Of a DNA stretch of 64,000 nt, positions 22,952-32,572 are shown piece by piece. Position 1 is the stretch's first letter. Each line of letters begins with the position of its first letter. Position numbers and translations under genes: made by a program. Under the pieces are notes generated by a model. It was not told the DNA's origin. It worked only from the letters and a program-made list of their open reading frames with translations, and did no database searches. This DNA is from Candidatus Fervidifonticultor secundus (GTDB lineage Bacteria > Sysuimicrobiota > Sysuimicrobiia > Sysuimicrobiales > Humicultoraceae): positions 64,001-128,000 of the forward strand of contig JAVKIP010000001.1 of assembly GCA_031459385.1 (NCBI GenBank). Reading direction: 5' to 3'.

Positions 22952-24952
22952 CTACCCCGTGCCCGCTGGCCGCCAGCCGGGCCACGCCAGGGCTGGCCAC
23001 TCACAGAGGTCCGCTCGACCCGCCAGGACGATGGCGTTGACCTCGCCCACGGAGCGGCGGCCACCTACGAGCGCGGTGGGGAGCCCGACTGCGTGGCGCA
23101 GCAGGTCGCTGGTGAACACCTGGGCGATGGCGGGCGACCCGATCACGCCGGCAGCGGCCGCGCCGCGTGCTCTGCGCGGCGCCGATCCCACAACGAACAG
23201 GCCGCACCCGGCGGCCTTCGAGGCCCGCGCGGTCTCGAGCCCGCGAGCCACCTCGCGGTGGTCATGGGGGTCGACCCACGCGGAGATCGCTACCGCCAGC
23301 GGGCGGCCCGCGGGCCAGGCCACGCGGGCCGCCCGGACGGTCTCGGCGTCACTTCCCTCGCCCAGGACGATCATGTCCACGCCGGCTGCTGCCAGCGCTT
23401 CCAGCGAAACGACCGTGGCCGGCCGGTCCCCAGATGCGTGGATCGCCTCCCCTGCGGCCAGCCGGACGCCGAGCCGGCTGCCGGCTGCGTGGACCGCGTC
23501 TGCCACGTGGTACCATGCGCACGGTGCGGCCTCGAGCGGGGCGCCAGCGGGGGCCCGCGGACCGACCAGCACCAGACCCGCGCCGGCCGCGGCCGCCTGC
23601 GCCGCCCGGCCCGCCAGGGAGCCCGGCCCGGCCCCGACCACAGCCACGATGCGGTTGCGCAACGCGAGGCTCTCGAGGACGAGCGGCTGCGCGTACGGCA
23701 AAGCGCTCGGGCGGCCGCAGGCCGCGGCGAACCCGCGCTCGACCTCCTCCAGCGCGCGGCGGTCCCGCACGGCCAGCGCACCGTAGGAGAGCAGCGGCGC
23801 ACGGCTCAGGTGGTGGAAGGCGAACCGGGCAGGCGGTGCCGCCACGAACCAGCGGAACTGCTCCCACCACCACCGGCTGGGCTCGGCGGCCTGCTGGATG
23901 CGCGCCACGGCGGGCTGGCGTTCCCGCTCGTAGGCCTCCAGCGCCCCGGCCAGCGTGGCGTGCTCCCGCAGCGCGTCTACCAGCGCGATGGCGTCCTCCA
24001 TGGCCATGCGCGTGCCCGAGCCGACGGAGAAGTGGGCGGTGTGCACCGCATCGCCCAGCAGCACCACCCGGCCGGCGTGCCAGCGCCGACAGCGCACGGT
24101 GCGGAACGCCAGCCACCGCGAGTTGTTGGCCAGCAGGGGCGCGCCCTCCAGGAAGGGCGCGAAGAGGGCCTGACAGTACCGGACGCTCTCGAGTTCGTCG
24201 TTCGCGGCGGTGCGCGCAGCCTCGTCCGCGCCGGCGAGCTCGGCTCCGTGCGCGATGGCGTCGTCCGCGCGGCGGGGCCCGGCCCGGCGCGAGACGGCCT
24301 CGTCCGCGCCGCCGAACCCGGCCCGGCACCAGGTGGTTTCGTCGGTCTCCACGATGACCGTGCTATGCGTGGCGCTGTACGGGTAGACGTGGGCGCCCCA
24401 CCAGCCGTGGGCATCTTCGGCGAAGAGGAACGTCAGGGCGTCGAACACCTTCGTCGTGCCGAGCCAGATGAACCGCGAGCGGCCGGTGTGCACCGAGGCC
24501 CCCAGCGCGTCGGTCAGCGCCGTCCGCGTGGCGCTGTTGACGCCGTCGGCTGCGACCACCAGGTCGTAGTCGTCCAGCGTCTCGAGGTGGGGTGCCTCGG
24601 TCTGAAAGTGCAGGTCCGCGCCCAGCCCGGCGGCGCGTTCCCGCAGCAGGCGTAGCAGCTGCGTCCGTGCGATACCCCAGAAGACGTGCCCGCCGAATCG
24701 CAGCGCGACGCCCCGGTGTCCGTAGGCGATCTCCTCCCACTGCACCGCCGCGGCCGCAAACGCCGCGTGGAGCTCGGGGTCGGCGTCGCGCAGGTAGCGC
24801 AGGCTGCGCTCCGGGAACACGACGCCGAAGCCGTACGTGGCCTCGGGCGCGTTGCGTTCGAAGACCGTGACCCGGCAGCCTGGATCTGCGCGCCGCATCA
24901 GCGCGGCGAAGAACAGGCCGCCCGGTCCCCCGCCGATCACCGCGATGCGCAC
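22952..24952 (-). CDS. FAD monooxygenase of the anthraniloyl-CoA/salicylyl-CoA hydroxylase type with a degenerate OYE-like C-terminus (paralog 2)
   Basis: GAGGAGG RBS plus GTG; IGGGPGG, TYGFGVVF, ADGVNS, LLGDAVHTAHFSVGSGTRMAMEDA; C-terminal LAGRADLC. Confidence 0.82.
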   Translation of the reverse strand: MRIAVIGGGPGGLFFAALMRRADPGCRVTVFERNAPEATYGFGVVFPERSLRYLRDADPELHAAFAAAAVQWEEIAYGHRGVALRFGGHVFWGIARTQLLRLLRERAAGLGADLHFQTEAPHLETLDDYDLVVAADGVNSATRTALTDALGASVHTGRSRFIWLGTTKVFDALTFLFAEDAHGWWGAHVYPYSATHSTVIVETDETTWCRAGFGGADEAVSRRAGPRRADDAIAHGAELAGADEAARTAANDELESVRYCQALFAPFLEGAPLLANNSRWLAFRTVRCRRWHAGRVVLLGDAVHTAHFSVGSGTRMAMEDAIALVDALREHATLAGALEAYERERQPAVARIQQAAEPSRWWWEQFRWFVAAPPARFAFHHLSRAPLLSYGALAVRDRRALEEVERGFAAACGRPSALPYAQPLVLESLALRNRIVAVVGAGPGSLAGRAAQAAAAGAGLVLVGPRAPAGAPLEAAPCAWYHVADAVHAAGSRLGVRLAAGEAIHASGDRPATVVSLEALAAAGVDMIVLGEGSDAETVRAARVAWPAGRPLAVAISAWVDPHDHREVARGLETARASKAAGCGLFVVGSAPRRARGAAAAGVIGSPAIAQVFTSDLLRHAVGLPTALVGGRRSVGEVNAIVLAGRADLCEWPALAWPGWRPAGTG

Positions 24953-25202
24953 CCCGCCCTCCTCATCATCCACCGTGTCGTCGCGTGTCCGTGCTGTCCG
25001 ACGCCGGCGGTGCGTCTGCGCGCCGTCGGCGCGTTCTCGCCATACGGCAGGGCGCTGGGATGTCCGCCGCCGTGCTGGCGGAGTTCGCACACCCGCCCGA
25101 GGCTCCCTCCACTGCGCGGGACACCCCGCACGCGAGGCCCCGACGCGCTCGACGCCGGCCACCGGGCAGGGGGACAGCCCGGCGCCCAGCGAAATTGCCC
25201 GC

Positions 25203-26408
25203 ATGACACCGTCCAGCGTGCTGGCCGCCCGGCTCACCGACCGCGTCGTCTTCGACGCGCTCCTGCGCGACAGCGAGGTCTTCCTCACCGTCGGCGGCGG
25301 TGACGTGATCCAGCTCAGCGTGGGCGACCCCGACCTGCCCACCCCGGCGCACATCCTCGAGGCCGCCCGCGCCGCGCTGCGGCCGGGGCTGCTGCGCTAC
25401 ACGCACTGGCAGGGCCTCCCCGAGCTGCGGGCCGCGATCGCTGAGGCCCTGGCCCGCGACGTCGGCGTGCGCTACGCGGCCGAGGAGATCGTCGTCACCG
25501 CCGGCGCCGAGCAGGCGCTGTTCGTCACGCTCCTGGCGCTGGTGGGGCCAGGCGACGAGGTGGTCTTCGCCGATCCCTACTTCCACGCGTTGCCGCGCCT
25601 GGTGGGCATCGCCGGTGGCGTGTCGGTGCCGGTGCCGACCGAGGAAGCCGATGGTTTCGTGCTGCGGCCCGAGGTGGTGGAGCGGCACCTGGGGCCGCGG
25701 GCCAAGGTGCTGGTGGTCGTGAGCCCGTCCAACCCCACCGGCGCCGTGCTGCCGCGCGACGTCGTGGAGGGGCTGGCGGACGTGGCGCGGCGGCGCGACC
25801 TGCTGGTGGTGAGCGACGAGGTCTACGCCCGGATCCTCTACGACGACGCGCGCCACCACTCCATCGCATCCCTGCCCGGCATGCGCGAGCGGACGGTCCT
25901 GGTTGGCGGGTTCTCGAAGACCTACTCCATGACGGGCTTCCGGCTGGGCTACCTGGCGGCCCCGGCCGACGTCGTCGTCGGCCTGCACAGCCTGAAGGAG
26001 CCCATGGACATCTGCGCCTCGGCCGTGGCGCAGCGGGCCGGTCTGGCGGCGCTGGCCGGCCCGCACGACTTCCTGCGCGACTACCTGGCCGCGTACGACG
26101 CGCGCCGCCGCATCCTGATGGCCGGCCTCGACGCCGCGGGCATCTCCTACGCGCGGCCGGCGGGCGGCTTCTTCCTCTTCGCCGACGTCGCGCGCTTCGG
26201 CCTGCGCAGCGTCGAGTTCTGCCGGCGCCTCATCGCCGAGGCGCGCGTCGTCGTCTTCCCGGGGACGATGGCCAGCACCCGCGAGGGCTATGTGCGGATG
26301 TCGTGGCTGCAGCCCGAGGAGCGGCTGCGCGAGGGGCTGGCGCGGTTGCGCGCCTTCGTGGAGCGCCTGGCCCAGGAGTCGCCGGCCCGGGAGGGGACAC
26401 CGCCATGA
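25203..26408 (+). CDS. PLP aminotransferase class I/II
   Basis: GDPDLPTP, SPSNPTG, SDEVY, GFSKTYSMTGFRLGY. Confidence 0.9.
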   Translation: MTPSSVLAARLTDRVVFDALLRDSEVFLTVGGGDVIQLSVGDPDLPTPAHILEAARAALRPGLLRYTHWQGLPELRAAIAEALARDVGVRYAAEEIVVTAGAEQALFVTLLALVGPGDEVVFADPYFHALPRLVGIAGGVSVPVPTEEADGFVLRPEVVERHLGPRAKVLVVVSPSNPTGAVLPRDVVEGLADVARRRDLLVVSDEVYARILYDDARHHSIASLPGMRERTVLVGGFSKTYSMTGFRLGYLAAPADVVVGLHSLKEPMDICASAVAQRAGLAALAGPHDFLRDYLAAYDARRRILMAGLDAAGISYARPAGGFFLFADVARFGLRSVEFCRRLIAEARVVVFPGTMASTREGYVRMSWLQPEERLREGLARLRAFVERLAQESPAREGTPP

Positions 26409-27889
26409 ACTGCGACCTCTGTTTCGTCCCGGCGGTGACGCTCGCCCGGCTCTACCGCGCGCGCCAGGTCTCGCCGTTCGAGGTCATGGAGGCCGTGCTG
26501 GCGCAGGTCGACGCCGTCAACCCGCGCATCAACGCGGTGGTCACCCTGGCCCGCGAGCAGGCGCTGGAAGCCGCGCGCGCCGCCACCCGGCGCCAGCGAC
26601 GGGGAGCAGCGCTTTCGCCGCTGTTTGGCATCCCCGTAACGATCAAAGACCTCACCCCCACCGCAGGCCTGCGCACGACGTGGGGGTCGAAGGTCTTCGA
26701 GCACCACGTGCCGGAGGAGGACGCGCTCGTCGTCCAGCGGCTCAAGGCCGCCGGCGCCATCGTCCTGGGGAAGACGAACACGCCCGAGTTCGGGGCAGGG
26801 GGCAACACCTTCAACCCCGTCTTTGGCCCCACGCGCAACCCATGGGACCTCGCACGAACCGCCGGCGGCTCCAGCGGCGGGGCTGCGGCGGCGCTGGCCG
26901 CCGGCCTGGGGCCGCTGGCGCAGGGCTCGGACCTCGGCGGGTCGCTGCGCGTCCCCGCGGCGTTCTGCGGCGTGGTGGGGTTTCGGACCACCGCCGGCCT
27001 GGTGCCGGTGTACCCCAGCGAGTTCGCCTGGGATACGCTGGCGGTGGCGGGGCCCATGGCGCGCACCGTGGCCGACGTGGCACTCATGCTCTCGGTGATC
27101 GCCGGCCCCGACGACCGCGCGCCGCTCTCCTGCGAGGTCGACACCGCCGCGTTTCTGCGCGCGGTGCGCGCGCCCTCGGTGCGTGGTTGGCGTGTGGCGT
27201 GGACACCCGACCTCGGCGGGCTCCTCCCCGTGCATGCGGAGGTCGCAGCGGCGGTCGAGGGCGCGGCGGGCGTCTTCCGGCGGCTCGGCGCGCGCGTCAC
27301 CGCCGCGGCGCCCGCGGTGACCCTCGACGAGGTCGACGAGATCATGCTGGGGACGCGCGGCCCGTTCATGGTCGGCCTGCACGCCGACAGGCTCGACCGC
27401 TGGCGGCACGTGATGACGCCACACCTGGTGTGGAACATCGAGCAGGGGCTGGCCCTGTCGCCGCGCGCCATCGCCCGGGCCGAGCAGCGGCGCACCGCCC
27501 TGTGGCACCGGACCCGGGGGTTCATGGAGGCGTACGACCTCCTCCTCCTGCCCACCACGCCAATCCCGCCGTTTCCCGTGGAGCAGCCGTATCCGACCGA
27601 ACTCGGCGGGCAGCCCATGCGCCATTACCTCCACTGGCTGTACCTGACCTACGCGATCACCCTGACGGGCCTCCCGGCGATCTCGGTCCCCTGCGGGCTC
27701 ACCCGCGCTGGCCTGCCGGTAGGCCTGCAGATCGTCGGCCGCCGTCGCGCCGAGGCCGCGGTCCTGCGGGCGGCAGCCGCGTACGAGCGCGCGGCGCCCT
27801 GGGCGCATCTCATCCCGCCGGCGGCACGACCGGCGGTCGCCCCGGGGGCACGCGGCGAGCCCGTCGCACTCCGCCGTCGAGGACCTTGA
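26405..27889 (+). CDS. Amidase-signature family amidase
   Basis: IKDL, GKTNTPEFG, GGSSGG, GSDLGGSLRVPA; ATGA overlap with the aminotransferase. Confidence 0.92.
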   Translation: MNCDLCFVPAVTLARLYRARQVSPFEVMEAVLAQVDAVNPRINAVVTLAREQALEAARAATRRQRRGAALSPLFGIPVTIKDLTPTAGLRTTWGSKVFEHHVPEEDALVVQRLKAAGAIVLGKTNTPEFGAGGNTFNPVFGPTRNPWDLARTAGGSSGGAAAALAAGLGPLAQGSDLGGSLRVPAAFCGVVGFRTTAGLVPVYPSEFAWDTLAVAGPMARTVADVALMLSVIAGPDDRAPLSCEVDTAAFLRAVRAPSVRGWRVAWTPDLGGLLPVHAEVAAAVEGAAGVFRRLGARVTAAAPAVTLDEVDEIMLGTRGPFMVGLHADRLDRWRHVMTPHLVWNIEQGLALSPRAIARAEQRRTALWHRTRGFMEAYDLLLLPTTPIPPFPVEQPYPTELGGQPMRHYLHWLYLTYAITLTGLPAISVPCGLTRAGLPVGLQIVGRRRAEAAVLRAAAAYERAAPWAHLIPPAARPAVAPGARGEPVALRRRGP

Positions 27890-28012
27890 CCGCAGCCCGC
27901 AGTTGCTGACCCCGACCCGCCGGACGCTGCCGGACATGGCGTTCCCGGTTGGGGTGCAGGAGTTCCCGTCGTTGCGCTGCAGGCGTAAGCGAACGCCAGC
28001 GAGGTCTCTGCG

Positions 28013-28537
28013 GTGGGCGACGTTCTGCTGATCGCCGGCCGCCCCGGCGTGGGCAAGACCACGCTGCTGCGGACGCTGGCCGCCGACCTCGGTCCGAGGG
28101 CCGGGGGGTTCTACACCGAGGAGATCCGCGAGGGCGACCGGCGCGTGGGGTTCCGGCTGGTGACCCTCGACGGGCGGGCGGCGGTGTTCGCGCACGTGCG
28201 CCTGGCGGCACGGGCATCGTACCGGGTGGGGCGGTACGGCGTGGAGATCGAGATCCTGGAGCGTCTGGGGGTGGCGAGCGTGCGCGAGGCCGCGGCGCGC
28301 GGACAGGTCGTGCTGATCGATGAGATCGGCAAAATGGAGCTGGCCAGCGCAGCGTTCTGCTGCGCCGTGGACGAGGTGGCCGACGGCCCGGTGCCGCTGG
28401 TGGCCACCGTGACGCTTGCAGCCCACCCGTGGGCCGACGCGTTCAAGCGCCGTCCGACCGTCACGCTGCTGAGGCTGACACCGACGGCTCGGGACAAGGT
28501 GCTGGCGGCGGCGCGTGCCTGGCTGGCGATGCGGTGA
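28013..28537 (+). CDS. NTPase_1/THEP1-family nucleoside triphosphatase
   Basis: GRPGVGKTT, GGFYTEEIRE..RVGF, VGRYGV, IDEIGKMEL. Confidence 0.88.
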   Translation: MGDVLLIAGRPGVGKTTLLRTLAADLGPRAGGFYTEEIREGDRRVGFRLVTLDGRAAVFAHVRLAARASYRVGRYGVEIEILERLGVASVREAAARGQVVLIDEIGKMELASAAFCCAVDEVADGPVPLVATVTLAAHPWADAFKRRPTVTLLRLTPTARDKVLAAARAWLAMR

Positions 28538-28547
28538 CGGGTCCGGT

Positions 28548-29354
28548 CTACCGCTCCAGGAAGGTGCGCGCCTCCCACAGCAGCGGGAAGAACCTCTTGC
28601 CCAGCGTGGTGCGCAGATACTCGACGCCGCCCGACCCCATGGCGTCGTAGCCCTCGCCCATGACCCGCGCTACGGACTTCTGGCCGGTCCCCGGCCGCGC
28701 GCCGATCATGCGCTCCACCATGAGGATGTGTCGGTGGCGCCACAGGCTCCAGCGCTGGTCGTACTCGATCATCGCCTCCAGCAGCTCGTGGAGGTCGGCC
28801 AGGGCGGCCTCGCGCTGGATGCGGATGGCGGTCTGCACGATCTCGGCCTCGCCGGCGGCCGGCAGGGCCCGGCGCCGCAGGAGCGCCACGAACGCGTCCC
28901 AGACCGTGGGCTCGTTTAGACGGCGCGCCAGGGCCGCGGCGTCGTCGGGAGCGTCGTCGAACGCGCGCAGGTACTGCGCCTCCTTGAGGCCGGAGAGGAA
29001 TTCGATCTCCCGGAACTGCCGGCTCTGAAACCCGCTGGCCGGCTTCAGGTCCGACCGGAACTCGAGGAAGTCGTGAGGGCGCATCGTCTCGATGATGGCG
29101 AACCCAGCCATCAGGCCGTCGACGATGACCGCCGCGCGGCGCAGCAGGTGGACGGCCGTCAGGACGTCGTCGCGCGCCAGGGCCGCGCGCGCCGACTCCA
29201 GCTCGAAGAGCAGCAGTTTGAACCACAGTTCGAAGACCTGATGGACGACGATGAACTGCAGCTCGTCGTGGGCGGCGGTCAGCCGGCGCTGCAGGCGCAG
29301 CAGGTCGTCGACCCGCAGGTACGCGCCGTACGTGAGCGAACCGCCGGCCGCCAT
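28548..29354 (-). CDS. kynA: Tryptophan 2,3-dioxygenase
   Basis: LTYGAYL..DDLL..Q, HDELQFIVVHQVFELWFK, ASGFQS.QFREIEF, RH..MVERMIG..PGTG, FFPLLWEAR. Confidence 0.92.
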   Translation of the reverse strand: MAAGGSLTYGAYLRVDDLLRLQRRLTAAHDELQFIVVHQVFELWFKLLLFELESARAALARDDVLTAVHLLRRAAVIVDGLMAGFAIIETMRPHDFLEFRSDLKPASGFQSRQFREIEFLSGLKEAQYLRAFDDAPDDAAALARRLNEPTVWDAFVALLRRRALPAAGEAEIVQTAIRIQREAALADLHELLEAMIEYDQRWSLWRHRHILMVERMIGARPGTGQKSVARVMGEGYDAMGSGGVEYLRTTLGKRFFPLLWEARTFLER

Positions 29355-29364
29355 GGCGCCCCGA

Positions 29365-29571
29365 CTAGACGCCCAGGTCGTAGAGCTGCTCGTGCTGGAG
29401 CTGCAGGTCGTTGGTTGCCTGCCACAGGCAGGCCAGGGCCTTGCGCACGTTGCGCGCGGCGCACGGCGGCAGGGTCTCCCGCGCCGCCAGACGCTTGAGG
29501 GCGTCGTAGGCCCGCAGCAGCTCCTGCTCGTCGGCATCCAGCGGCCTGCCCAGCAGGTCGGTGGTGGTCAT
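29365..29571 (-). CDS. 68-aa small helical protein of unknown function
   Basis: ATGA overlap with the ligase stop, GGGGGA RBS, stop 10 bp before kynA; MTTTDLLGRPLDADEQELL...LPPCAARNVRKALACLWQATNDL. Confidence 0.75.
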   Translation of the reverse strand: MTTTDLLGRPLDADEQELLRAYDALKRLAARETLPPCAARNVRKALACLWQATNDLQLQHEQLYDLGV

Positions 29572-30926
29572 CGCTGTTCCCCCCGCTCGTACGTCGCCAC
29601 CGGCCGGGCGTCCACCAGCCGCTTGGCCTTCAGCTCGAACCGCGGCAGCGTGCCGTAGGCGACCCGCTCGACGTTGAAGCGCAGCCCCTCGTGGGCGTCT
29701 GCCAGGTCCCGGGCCAGCCGTGCCTGGAGCGCCGGCCACTCGGCCTCCCGGTCGGGTTTGAGCTCCACCTTGATGGTGATCTCGTCCTGGAGGTCGTCCT
29801 TGCGCCAGACGTAGATCTGGAACTCGTCGATGGCGTCGTGCTCGCGCACGATGGCCTCCACGGCCCGGGGGTAGACGTTGGTGCCGCGGATCAGCTTCAT
29901 GTCGTCCCAGCGCCCCCGGATGCCGCCGTCGTAGAGGTCGAAGGTCCGCCCGCAGGTGCAGGCCGTGTGCGGCACCTTCACCACCATGTCCTTGCTGCGG
30001 TAGCGCAGCAGCGGGATGAAGCCGCGACCGAACGACGTGACCACGCGCTCGCCGAGCTCGCCGTAGCCCACGGGCTCGCCGCTGGCCGGGTCGACGACCT
30101 CCTCGATGAAGTGGTCCTCGATGATGTGGGTGCCGCCCGGCTGGTGGCTGCACTCGAAGATCATGATCGTGCCGATCTCGGTCATGCCGGCGGTGTCACC
30201 GCACTTCGCGCCCCACGCCTGCTCGAGCTGGCGCTTGACGGCGGGGATCGAGCCGGCCGGCTCGCCGGAGACGATGAGCTTGTCCACGCGGCTGCCGGCC
30301 AGGTCGAGGCCGGCGTCCGTCGCCGCCTGCCAGAGGCGCAGGGCGTACGTGGGCGTCGAGCAGACGGTGGTGACGCCCATCTCGACGATCTGCCGGACGC
30401 GGGCGTCCGTGGTCTGGGCCCCGCCGGGGATGACCAGGGCCCCGATCTTCTCGCAGCAGTAGTGTGCGCCCCAGAAGCCGATGAACGAACCGTAGCCGAA
30501 GGCGAAGTAGACGATGTCCTGGGGCCGCACGCCAAAGCCCCAGAACCCGTAGCACCACATCTCGGCGATCCACTCCCAGTCCTTCATGCTGTCGAGCACC
30601 CTGATGGGCGTGCGGCCGCTGGTGCCCGAGGTGAGGTGGTAGCGAATCGCGTGGGCGGGGTCGGTCGCCAGCAGGTCGCCGAATAGCGGCTGGGTCACCT
30701 GCGCGTCCATCCACTCCTCCCGGGTCATGAAGGGGATGCGGCGCAGGTCGTCGAGGGTGCGCAGCTGCTCGGGGTGGAACCCCGCCGCGTCGAACTTCCG
30801 CCGGTGGAAGGGGCTGCGGGCGTAGGCCCACGCGCACAGCCGCTGGAGCTTGAGCAGCTGCAGCGCCTGCAGCTGCTCCCGCGGCATCGTCTCGGCTTTC
30901 GGGTTCCAGTACGGCCAGGTGCTCAT
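29568..30926 (-). CDS. PaaK-family aryl-CoA ligase (candidate anthranilate-CoA ligase)
   Basis: TSGTSGRTP, SGEPAG, AGMTEIG, PLLRYR, GRWDDM..IRGTNVYP, LPRFELKAKR. Confidence 0.85.
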   Translation of the reverse strand: MSTWPYWNPKAETMPREQLQALQLLKLQRLCAWAYARSPFHRRKFDAAGFHPEQLRTLDDLRRIPFMTREEWMDAQVTQPLFGDLLATDPAHAIRYHLTSGTSGRTPIRVLDSMKDWEWIAEMWCYGFWGFGVRPQDIVYFAFGYGSFIGFWGAHYCCEKIGALVIPGGAQTTDARVRQIVEMGVTTVCSTPTYALRLWQAATDAGLDLAGSRVDKLIVSGEPAGSIPAVKRQLEQAWGAKCGDTAGMTEIGTIMIFECSHQPGGTHIIEDHFIEEVVDPASGEPVGYGELGERVVTSFGRGFIPLLRYRSKDMVVKVPHTACTCGRTFDLYDGGIRGRWDDMKLIRGTNVYPRAVEAIVREHDAIDEFQIYVWRKDDLQDEITIKVELKPDREAEWPALQARLARDLADAHEGLRFNVERVAYGTLPRFELKAKRLVDARPVATYERGEQR

Positions 30927-32077
30927 CGCGGCTCACGCCCCACCAGTTCGCGCGCAATGATGATCCGCTGGATGTGGCTGGTGCCCTCGTAGATCTGCAG
31001 GCCCTTGCTGTCGCGCAGGAAGCGCTCGACGGGGTACTCGCTGGAGTAGCCCCGCCCGCCGTGGATGAGGACGGCGGCGTTGGCGGCCCGCACGGCGGCC
31101 TCCGTGGCGAAGAGTTTGGCGACGGCTGTTTCTTTAGTGGCGCGTAGCCCCTGATCCTTCAGCCAGGCCGCGCGGTAGGTGAGCAGGCGCGCGGCCTCCA
31201 CGTCGGCCGCCATCTGGGCCAGGTGGGCCTGGATCATCTCGAAGTCGGCCAGGCGCTGTCCGAACTGCCGGCGCGTGCGGGTGAAGGCCACGCAGGCGTC
31301 CAGGCAGGCCTGGGCGAGTCCCACCGCGCCGGCGGCCACCCCCAGGCGGCCGTGGTCGAGCGCCCCCATGGCCACCTTGAAGCCTTCGCCCTCGGCGCCC
31401 AGCAGGTGGTCTTTCGGCACGCGCACGCCCTCCAGGACGATCCGCGCGTGGTCGGCGGCCCGGTGCCCGAGCGGCGTCCCCGGCATGGGCTCGCGCCGGA
31501 ATCCCGGCGTGGCGGTGGGAACCACAAACGCGCAGATCCCGCGGTGGCGCAGCGCGCGGTCGCGCGTGGCGAAGACCAGGGCCAGGTGCGCCAGGGTGCC
31601 GTTGGTGATCCAGATCTTCTCGCCCCGCAGGACGAAGCCGTCGCCGGCATCCTCCGCGACCGTCTCCAGCCCGGCAGCGTCCGAGCCGGCGTCGGGTTCG
31701 GTGAGGCAGTAGCAGCCGATCCACTCGCCGGTGGCGAGCCTGGGCAGGTAGGCGCGCTTCTGCGCCTCGGTGCCCCAGTCGCGCAGGCACAGGCTCACCA
31801 GCCCGGCGTGCACCGCCAGGAAGCCGCGCACCGAGGCGTCCACGCGGCCCAGCTCCTCGCAGACCAGCGCGAAGCTGACGTAGTCCATGCCGGCGCCGCC
31901 GTAGGCGGTGTCCACCGGCCCGGCCAGGAAGCCCAACTCGCCCATGCGGCGCACGAGCTGCAGGGGGAACCGACCCTGCTCGTCGGCGGCGCGGGCCAGC
32001 GGTGCCACCTCCTCCTGGGCGAAGCGGCGCGCGCGCTCCTGGACCGCGCGCTGCGCGGAGGTCAGCGCGAAGTTCAC
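30923..32077 (-). CDS. Acyl-CoA dehydrogenase
   Basis: CLTEPDAGSD, GEKIWITNG, RRQFG, HGGRGY, IYEGTSHIQR. Confidence 0.93.
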   Translation of the reverse strand: MNFALTSAQRAVQERARRFAQEEVAPLARAADEQGRFPLQLVRRMGELGFLAGPVDTAYGGAGMDYVSFALVCEELGRVDASVRGFLAVHAGLVSLCLRDWGTEAQKRAYLPRLATGEWIGCYCLTEPDAGSDAAGLETVAEDAGDGFVLRGEKIWITNGTLAHLALVFATRDRALRHRGICAFVVPTATPGFRREPMPGTPLGHRAADHARIVLEGVRVPKDHLLGAEGEGFKVAMGALDHGRLGVAAGAVGLAQACLDACVAFTRTRRQFGQRLADFEMIQAHLAQMAADVEAARLLTYRAAWLKDQGLRATKETAVAKLFATEAAVRAANAAVLIHGGRGYSSEYPVERFLRDSKGLQIYEGTSHIQRIIIARELVGREPR

Positions 32078-32487
32078 GGCAGCACCGCCAGACCTTCCAG
32101 CTCGACGAGCGCCTGGTCGTGGAAGAACCCGCCGACCTCGAACAGGGCCATGGCCGGGTAGTGCCCGCCGAAGTAGCGGCGGAACACCTCGCCCAGCGGC
32201 TGCAGCTGCGCCTGGTAGGCGTCGCGGTCGCGCACGAAGATGTTGAGCTTGGTCACGTCCTGCAGGGTGCCGCCTGCGGCTTCCACCACCGCCTGCAGGT
32301 TCTTGAGGACCTGCTCGAACTGCGCCACCAGGTCGCCCGGCGCGACGATGCGGCCGGCGGCGTCGCTGGCGTCCTGGCCGGCCAGGAACAGCAACCGCCC
32401 GCCGGTGGTGACGATGCCGTGGCTGAATCCCCGGGGTGGGGGCAGGCCCGGCGGGTTGATGATCTCACGTCGTCGCGGCTCGCTCAC
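32074..32487 (-). CDS. RidA/YjgF family protein
   Basis: PRGFSHG, LFLAGQ, QFEQVLKN, YPAM, LVELEGLAV. Confidence 0.9.
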   Translation of the reverse strand: MSEPRRREIINPPGLPPPRGFSHGIVTTGGRLLFLAGQDASDAAGRIVAPGDLVAQFEQVLKNLQAVVEAAGGTLQDVTKLNIFVRDRDAYQAQLQPLGEVFRRYFGGHYPAMALFEVGGFFHDQALVELEGLAVLP

Positions 32488-32572
32488 GGTCCCTCCCCTA
32501 CGTGCCGGTCTCTGCGCCGCGGCAGCCGGCGTCGTCCGGCCCCGCGACCGACCCCGGGCGGTGTTCCCCCGG

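Noticed and set aside
27930..28010. Fluoride riboswitch, glnA riboswitch, HDV-like ribozyme or tRNA-Sec in the amidase-NTPase gap
   Set aside because: Only fragments match (CATGGCGTTC, GACGGGAA, CCTCGCTGGCG); required elements such as GAUGG plus the pseudoknot partner, P3 pairing or a UCA anticodon arm are absent
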